A DNA stretch of 64,000 nt from Lepidodermella squamata. Its lineage: Eukaryota; Animalia; Gastrotricha. A model generated the notes under the pieces. That model was not told where the DNA came from. It saw only the letters and a program-made list of their open reading frames with translations, and made no database searches. This document shows, piece after piece, positions 56,108 through 64,000 of this stretch. The stretch lies in NCBI GenBank assembly GCA_047495785.1, contig JBLDXI010000003.1, positions 1,798,001 to 1,862,000 on the forward strand, written 5' to 3'. Made by a program: the position numbers and the translations under genes. The first letter of the stretch is position 1; each line of letters opens with the position of its first letter.

Positions 56108-58207
56108 ATGGGAACGAAAGCGGCTGCATTGGTTAAACATTTGTGGATTTGCGATGGCACTCGTAGAAACTACGTTGCAGCTATCACATTCGTTTGCCTC
56201 CTAATCCTATGCTACTCTATTCTAATCAGCCGTGGATGCAGTACTGGATCTTCTTTCGAAGTTGAAACTGATTCATCCGTGACCAAACGCATTTCCTCGA
56301 ATGTCCTCGAAGCCCATACAACCCTAAGGAGTGGGGCAGCATTAGAAAGGAGGAAAGAGACTGTAGAGGAGAATACTCTGCTAATTTGGAGAAGATCCAC
56401 AGAATTTAGACTGAATTCATCCACAAAGCTGTCAACTTATGCGATCTCTGTTTCGACTCCTTCTCTATCAAAGCTCCCCGTTTCGACGAAACCTTCGAAA
56501 CCTTTCGACGAAGTTACGATAGGGACCAGAGAATCAACTCAACCAATACTAATCTTGAATACCATATTGAGCAAACAAACTGAGTCGATTGCAACAGCTT
56601 CACGTGAAGAATGGGTCAAAGAGACTACAGTGTTGATTAGGGATAGGTCGTCGAAAGTTGCCGGTAGATTATCAACAAACTTGATACCGAATCCCACCTC
56701 TAAGTCTCAACCTGTGACGACAGCTCCTCGAAAGCTAGCTGTGCCAGACTCAATCACAAGAGCAAGTATTCTTGCGGAGACAACGCCGCTAATACGAAGA
56801 AGAGTAACCAAAGTTTTCGCTCAACTTTTCCCAAAATTCATGACTAATCAAACAATCAAAGAAGCTAATGCTCAATCCAAATCGATAGCTATAAGAATGC
56901 CACATTCATCAGCAGCCTCGGTAACAAAGGCGGAGATTCGTAGTGAAACTACCCCGCCGATAAAAGCGAAAAGCGTTATAACAACTCATCCGAAAACATT
57001 GTTGTCTACTTTGAGAAACAATTCGCAAAACCTCACAACGCTTTCTATCATCGAACCGGTTTTGTGCAACGAGACACAATGGGCTAGTAATCTTGAGCTG
57101 TTCCTTACAACGCCAGCCTCCCCTTCGGGCGAGAGGGAGAACACGCAATTTCTGCTACCTTCCTTCACTCTTTTCTGGCCCATGTCGCAGCCTCTAAATC
57201 TCGTCTTCGTCAGCGATAATGAGACTGCTTATGCTCCGAAGTTTGTGGAGAAGATGGAAAATTTCACGAGGGAGCTACGTCCAGAAAATTTGAATGTGAG
57301 AAGTGTTTTAGGCAGGAAGGCTTTTCCATGTGATGGCTGGCACAAGGCTCAATGGATGAAGCTATGGGCGGACAACTTCACCAAAGCTGAATTCGTTGGA
57401 TTCTTAGACACAGACACGGTTTTTACTTCTCGAATCACCGAGAGGGACCTCTTTGTGGATGGGAAGCCAGTTTTGCGGCCTAAGTACGGCAAGCCCTCCC
57501 CATTGTGGGGCGAATGGAAGAAGGTACCGGGAAAAACATTCAAATTAGTCGGATTGAAAGGTAGGATTTGATGCATGAAATTATTGGCATTCAAGCAATT
57601 TGTTCTTTTTCTATTTTTTTCAGAAACCTTCAACTGCATGTCATTCTTTCCGGTGGTGGTCAAGACGAAGCATTTAGCTACCGTTCGGGAAACGATCAGG
57701 AACGCAACTGGAAAGGCGTATTTTGACGCCGCTATAGCTAAAGAGAAATACTACTCTGAGTACAACATGATATGCACGGTTCTGTGGAACTTCTTCCGAG
57801 ATGAGTATTACTGGGTAATAAATGAGACGGAACTGGGTTGGAAAGGGTCAGTGCCACCTGGGCAGGTCGAATCACTGCAAGAGGCTGGAATTCCGATGGA
57901 TTTACTGAATCGACAACGGCCGAATATTGCGTTCCATTGGACTTATTTCTCGCTTCGAAATGATAAAGATGCCTTCAAAACTACGATGCGGAAAGGATAT
58001 TGTTACTCAATAACTCATGTTGAAAAGCAGCCAGATTTTTGCTCAAGCTATGATAGATTTGCTAATGTTAATGACAATCAATTTCAATTTGAGTCTGAAA
58101 ACTATGCAAAGCGGAAAGGTGCGTACGAGGCCCACCTGTTGCGCATAGCCGAACTTGAAGGATGCCCACACTCTTGGAACAAGCTTCGAGTCGCCGCATT
58201 ATTATGA
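56108..58207 (+). CDS. Type II membrane DxD glycosyltransferase-like protein, paralog 2 with long Ser/Thr stem (exons 56108-57560, 57624-58207)
   Basis: TM anchor, mucin-like stem, FLDTDTVF, and the same intron position as paralog 1. Confidence 0.8.
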
Positions 58208-58337
58208 ATCACCTAATAAAGAAGTAGACGGAGTTTCCAACTCGGAGCTCGGTATTATTAGTCAGACTGTAACCGTAGCGATTATAGCAGCAATTTAGAC
58301 TCCAACTCGCAAAATTTTGCTGGCCGCACGGCTATCG

Positions 58338-58455
58338 TTAGCATCGTTGAATAACTCGGATTAGGCTTGTTTACATCCCTTCCAAGGTTACGGGTGACGT
58401 TCTAGATAAGCGGATAAGCGGCGTTTTTTGATGTGAATGAAGAGGCAAAACAAAA
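58338..58455. mobile_element. MITE family partial copy
   Basis: TTAGCATCGTTGAATAACTCGGATTAGGCTTGTTTACATCC...GTGAATGAAGAGGCAAAA. Confidence 0.6.
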
Positions 58456-59452
58456 CTCGGCAAAACTCGGAGGCAGAAACCGAAGCTAGGGTTAATATTC
58501 TTTTGACTGGTGGTTGCTCGTAGTCACCAAACATTGTTTGAAAAATGAACTCATACTTGGTTCGAAATTAGAAATGATCTTGTGATTCTTTCATTATAGG
58601 ATTTTGATGGCGAAGGCAAACGGACTCGAGCTGACTCTCAGAACTCCCGGACTTCGGCTTCTTCCTTATATCTGGGTCTACTGAGGGCATAAGCTACAGC
58701 TGCGCCTTGGTCATATTCCTATGAATAAGAGCATCTGCACATCAACAGCCAACCACAAGCGAATATCAATTTTAGAGCAAGCAATTCCATGACCAAATAA
58801 CAAGTCGGCTAATCCGATTTTTCAGATTATCCTCTAATTCTAGGCATTATTAACCCCAGCGGGGGATGAAAAGCGTCGCAATCCATTTGGAATTGCTCAT
58901 ATGCAAACTCCCTGACGGGACTTTTTCATTCAAATTGACATGAAGATACCCAAAGAATTGTTATTCATGCGCGTTTAATAAAATAAGTTAGTAGTGACTT
59001 AATGAAGTTAGCACGCTAAACGCTAGTATCCCGTGGAGCTTAATATGCGCAAATGATACCTTGCTGATACAATGCAGTGTCAGTCGGAACTACTTGGTGT
59101 CATTTTCATGCGGTAATGCGTCTTTTTGTACTTTGTACTATTTAATTAAGTCTCTCTGACATATTTCGTATTCACTCGAAAAGCCAACCTGATATTGATT
59201 TATTAAATCTAAAATATGACGGGAACAGATCTTCTTAGATAGAAAATCGTTAACCTAGGATGCTGTTCTGGGCAACTATGATGCTTAGTTCCCCTATAAT
59301 GGCATTCCAAAACCGCATGGGATTTTCAAAATTGTGCATGGTGGTTCACACAAATATGTCTGCCATGATGTGCAACAGGTATTAATTACAGGTAGAACCT
59401 TGCTAGAAGCCTTATAGTCTCTTTTTCTCAGCTCAATTTCAAGCCTTCAAAT

Positions 59453-60417
59453 ATGTCTTACCTTACACTGGCTGTTATCGCTGTTGCCTTTGCGGCTGTC
59501 ACAGCGTGCCCTCCGTCGACAACGACAACTCCGTGCCCAACTAGCGGCTCTGCATGCACCACAGGCCAAACCTGCACATCGTCTGCTAATATCTGTGATA
59601 CTAGCAGTAAGAATTGTATCGACAAAACCGCCACTCAGTGCCCTACAAGTGGTCAGAGTTGCCAAGCTGCGGCAGCTTCGGTAATATGCAAAGCCAAGCA
59701 TCATTGTAATCGTTACATTTTCTCCATTTCTCCCCTAGACGCTTTACCAACTGTGCACGATGGTAACCCAAGGGTTAGCTACCGCTGGAGCTACTCAGGT
59801 AGCTCAAACTGTCAAATTTTGCCATAACGTCGCCGGAACCGGAGCCAGCGCGTGTACCGCTTATCTGACAGTAACACCTACGGCTGCTGCGGTAAATAGT
59901 TTATTGGCTCGTTTCAATGCAGTACTTACTTATATATCAAATGATACGACTAGGCAGCTTCTGACGCGACCAACACTTTCGCCACATTTGGTGCCTGCTG
60001 CACAGCCACAACTCCTACGGCTGCCTGGATCAAATACGAAATCCTCCCACAGTCAATCGGTAGCCCAGTTATGACCTGCATTGGAGGAACCTCAGCAGAT
60101 TCCTATAAAGTTACTACTACAACCCTTAACGGAAATGTTGTATCTCCAGGCAGTGCCCAATGCGTCCGTTTTCCCCATACAGCTTCCTCTTCCGGTAACG
60201 TCCAAGCAGTTTCCGTGGTAATCATGCTTTTTGTCGTTCATATGTATACATAATGATTGATGATGTGTTATAGAACGGAATTACGTCCCCACTAACTTCC
60301 CCTACATTCGCGGGTTGCTGCTTCGTTCTCGGTGGCGCAGCAGGGAAAACAGGCATCAGCACAGCCACAATATACAACGTGGCTAATGTTGAAACGTGTA
60401 CAGGCGCCGTTCCATAA
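59453..60417 (+). CDS. Secreted Thr/Ala/Cys-rich protein, 4 exons, 3 phase-0 introns
   Basis: MSYLTLAVIAVAFAAVTA signal peptide. Three short GT-AG introns join the ORF pieces without stops, ending ..VETCTGAVP*. Confidence 0.75.
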
Positions 60418-60879
60418 TACTTGAACAAGTTGAACATTTTGGATTAAACGATTTTCTTGATCATTTTTGTGCTTTAACCGTACTTGGCTGATCCGGCACG
60501 TCAATTACAAAGCTTACCATTGAGCTGACGCATTTCAGTTGAATCTCTGTCTTAAATCGGCTAATGAATCATAAATAAACTTGTGGAATAATAAAATTGT
60601 ACTATTGATTAAGTATTTTCGAATTTTAAAATCACTGTACATCACGAGGATGCCATCGTTGGCTAAGAACTAAAGAACTGAGAATTCTATGATAGTTTTC
60701 TGTGACGATTTATTCCTAGATTTTCTAGCTCAAGACGTCAGTGGTTCAAATCCTACTGGCACCCCTATGATTTTTTTATTCACACTTTTCTGTATAATTT
60801 GTGCATAAGCAACAAGTGCTTCCAGTGAGCTGTCGTTTCATCCCAGAACCCGCCGAAAATTTTTTTTCTTCTTCCAGTT

Positions 60880-61073
60880 ATCGCTTCTCGGCCTTTTTGG
60901 CTATGATCAAAGTGTAGTATCTGTTCTTTGTAGTTTAATATCTACAACGGCCTCCATGTGGGGCCTACGATATTAGCCCTATTTTTGGCTAACCGGGCTG
61001 GTGACGCCAGCTTGCTGGACCCTGCCCACGAGTCGGCCCGGTATTGCAGTACCTCCGGGATTCGGCTCACCCC
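60880..61073 (+). ncRNA. U2: U2 spliceosomal snRNA
   Basis: ATCGCTTCTCGGCC 5' end, GTGTAGTATCTGTTCTT branch-pairing region, Sm site ATTTTTGG, loop IV ATTGCAGT. Confidence 0.95.
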
Positions 61074-61269
61074 CTGAAAAGGGGGAATGAAACTAAAAAC
61101 AAAGTATTATGCTCACTGAATGTAGTTATCAACTTCTTTAGTGTAATGCAAATTGCAATGTGCCTTCGAGGATTTCAAATGGATCGAAACAAAAAACACC
61201 GAAAACCTGAATTAGTTAGGATTTCTATTCGTCAATCATATAGAAAGATATAGATATCCACCGGATCAA

Positions 61270-61450
61270 ATAACAGATTTAGTGACCCCTGACCGACTTG
61301 CGACTTGTTGTAAGATCTCTTGCGGCCGAACTTCTTGCCGCGGCGCTTCTTCATCGGGAAGGTATCCCTTGTTGAAAACCTTATTCTTATCCTCGAAGGT
61401 TCGGCTCGCCGGAGCAGTGACGCTCTTGTGGTAGTTGCGTATGCGCTTTC
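61270..61450 (-). pseudogene. Frameshifted paralog of the cationic peptide gene at 2154-2652
   Basis: RNYHKSVTAPASRTFE is in one frame and KKRRGKKFGRK in another. No signal-peptide exon found. Confidence 0.65.
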
Positions 61451-62502
61451 AGACGGAGAGCTTATATCGGGAAGGCCAGCCATTTTTTATGAACGGAAGC
61501 AGCCGGCTCAGATATAAAAAATAGAATGCGCCTAGGTTATCGCAACAGCTGGGACACTAAAGAACTAGACCGTTTTGATTATTGCAGACAACCTGAAAGA
61601 CTAGCTGCTCCCAAGTCAGCAGTATGAGTAAATATATAAATACAAAGTAATATTCCTGGATCTTGTTAATAATGCTGAACTGAGATGGTGTTCAGCTAAT
61701 TGGATGAGTGAGTGCTGTGAATGAAGATTTTATGATTATTCGGGCAATTCCACGGCTCACGGCTCCGCATATGCAATGGTTCTCAATTTGTTTGCTTTAT
61801 TGATAGGAATGCAAAAACACTAAAAACATGGATTTATTCATAATCTGCCTTTTGCTCATTATTCAAATTGTTGTTTGATTAATGTAGTAAAGAGTAAACA
61901 TTGTACTTTTGCTAATTAAATACTTGGTGCGTTTTCAGCTGGATGATCACGTAGTTCAACTTCACCTAGTTCAGCCCCGAAATTCAAGCTTTAATTTCTA
62001 ATGATTTATGCGCAAAACACTCTATTGTAACACTCAGACTTGGCCAGCCACGTTAGAGAGGGCTTGTCCGAATTATTAGCATTCAAGATAACATTCGCGA
62101 CATGGGTTCTCCCATGACTGGGTTGTATACGCGTAACAAAAAATGCGGCCGAATTCCCAAAGATGGATTATGCTAACGAGCTAGCTCCGTTATACGAAAA
62201 ACGTAATCCGTAACTGAAAATACCAAACGTATTACAGCATAGGTAAAGAGGGAATATTTGTTCGTATTTTGATGTCAATACGGGATTCACACCGCTAGGA
62301 TTTCGGAATGATTCTCCATTTGACGGTAAATTCATCTTTATCTTACAGAATTTTGCGGTATTCAGTTGTTAAGGCAAATTTCTAATGTTCCTTCTTCTCT
62401 TTATAAATCGAGGGAGTTAATAAATTTTCGTCTAAGATATCAGCGTATTAGACATCGAGAATTGTATTCTTGAAGCCTTGATAACCGAACAGTGACTCAT
62501 AG

Positions 62503-64000
62503 ATGGGAGCGAAAGCGGCTACTATTTTCAAGCTTACACCTCAATGGAACTGCTATGGCACTCGCAGAGACTACGTCGTGGCTATCGCATTCGTTTGCTT
62601 TCTTATTCTTTGCTATGCTGCTCTAATAAGTCGTAATAGCAATGTTGGATCTCCTCTCGAAGCTGAACCTTATTCATCAGTATCCGAAGAGCGTGATAAC
62701 GAGTTGGCCCATCTTGTCGAAGATCATACAGCCCCAAGAAGCGAAAGTGTTACTACTCTACTGATTTGGAGAAGCTCCAAAGAATCACGGAAAACAGATA
62801 AAACAACAACTTTTTCCACGGCGGCTTCTTACACTAATAAGCAAATTAGTTCTACGAGAACAGCTTTTTCTACGCTGAGGGACGATTCACAAAATCTCAC
62901 AACGCTTTCTATCATTGAACCGGTTTTGTGCAACGAAACCCAGTGGGCTGGTAAACTTGAGTTGTTCCTTACAACACCAGCCTCTCCTTCGGGCGAGAGG
63001 GAGAACACGGAATTATTACTACCATCCCTAACCCTTTTCTGGCCAATGTCGCAGCCCCTGAATCTCGTCTTCGTCAGCGATATTGAGTCTACTTATGCTC
63101 CGATGTTTATCAAAAAGATGGAAAATTTCACGAAGCGATTACGTCCCGACAACCTGAATGTGAGGAGTGTGTTGGGCAGCAAGGCTTTTCCTTGTGATGG
63201 CTGGCACAAGGCTCAATGGATGAAGCTATGGGCGGACAACTTCACCAAAGCTGAATTCGTTGGATTTTTAGACACAGACACAGTATTTACTTCTCGGGTC
63301 ACTGAGCGGGACCTTTTTGTGGATGGGAAACCGGTAGTGCGGCCTAAGTACGGCAAGCCCTCCCCGTTATGGGGCGAATGGCAGAGGGTTCCGAGGAAGA
63401 CTTTTAAATTGCTAGGAATGAAAGGTAAGATTTGACGCACATAATGCTTGAAATCTAGGAAATTTCATGCCACAGAAACGTTCAACTGTATGTCGTTTTT
63501 TCCGGTGGTGGTCAAGACGAGGCATTTAGCAACCGTTCGAGAAACGATCAGAAATGCGACTGGAAAGGCGTATTTCGACGCAGCTATAGCTGGAGAGGTT
63601 TACTACTCCGAGTACAACATGATGTGCACGGTTCTATGGAACTTCTTCCGCGATGAGTATTACTGGGTAATAGGCGAGACCGAGTTGGGTTGGAAAGGAC
63701 CAGTGCCACCTGGGCAGGTCGAGTCACTGCATGAGGCTGGAATTCCGTTCAGTATATTAAATCGACAACGGCCGAATATTGCGTTCCATTGGACTTATTT
63801 CCCGCTTCGTAATGAGCAAGATTCCTTCAAAACTACGATGCGGAAAGGATATTGCTATTCTTTAACTCATATTGAAAAGCGGCCAGGTTTTTGCTCAAGC
63901 TATGATAGATTTGCTAATGTTAATGAGAATCAGTTTCAATTTGAGTCTGAAAACTATGCAAAGCGGAAAGGTGCGTACGAGTCCCACCTATTGCGTTTAG
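62503..64000 (+). CDS. Type II membrane DxD glycosyltransferase-like protein, paralog 3 (exons 62503-63424, 63476 to window end; incomplete)
   Basis: TM anchor, intermediate stem, FLDTDTVF. Catalytic domain nearly identical to paralog 2. Confidence 0.8.

Noticed and set aside
60648-60765. tRNA-like pieces (GGTTCAAATCC T-loop, GGATGCC/GGCACCC ends)
   Set aside because: Mismatched stems and no coherent D or anticodon arm; at best a tRNA-derived relic

Overview
Eukaryotic (invertebrate animal) genomic DNA from a gene-dense genome with very short (~45-65 nt) GT-AG introns; the species cannot be fixed from sequence alone. Conventional content: an ABCC/MRP transporter plus two decayed partial duplicates, three DxD glycosyltransferase-like type II membrane genes, five divergent Cys-loop channel genes, two gamma-butyrobetaine dioxygenase-like genes, a regucalcin-like gene, an EB-module gene, tRNA-Gly, three identical tRNA-Thr(CGT), U2 snRNA, a Crypton-like tyrosine-recombinase element, a MITE family and a LINE remnant. 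Manual splicing reveals three things the ORF track misses. (1) Three intact tandem paralogs of a 17-exon secreted Cys-rich protein in which all 16 introns are phase 0 and exons pair into eight disulfide modules. (2) Two secreted multi-knottin (ICK) precursors with 5 and 3 tandem knots, built by exon duplication. (3) A Cys-loop channel carrying two extra N-terminal LamG/pentraxin-like domains, lying between the two knottin genes. All gene models are hand-spliced, and no database searches were run.
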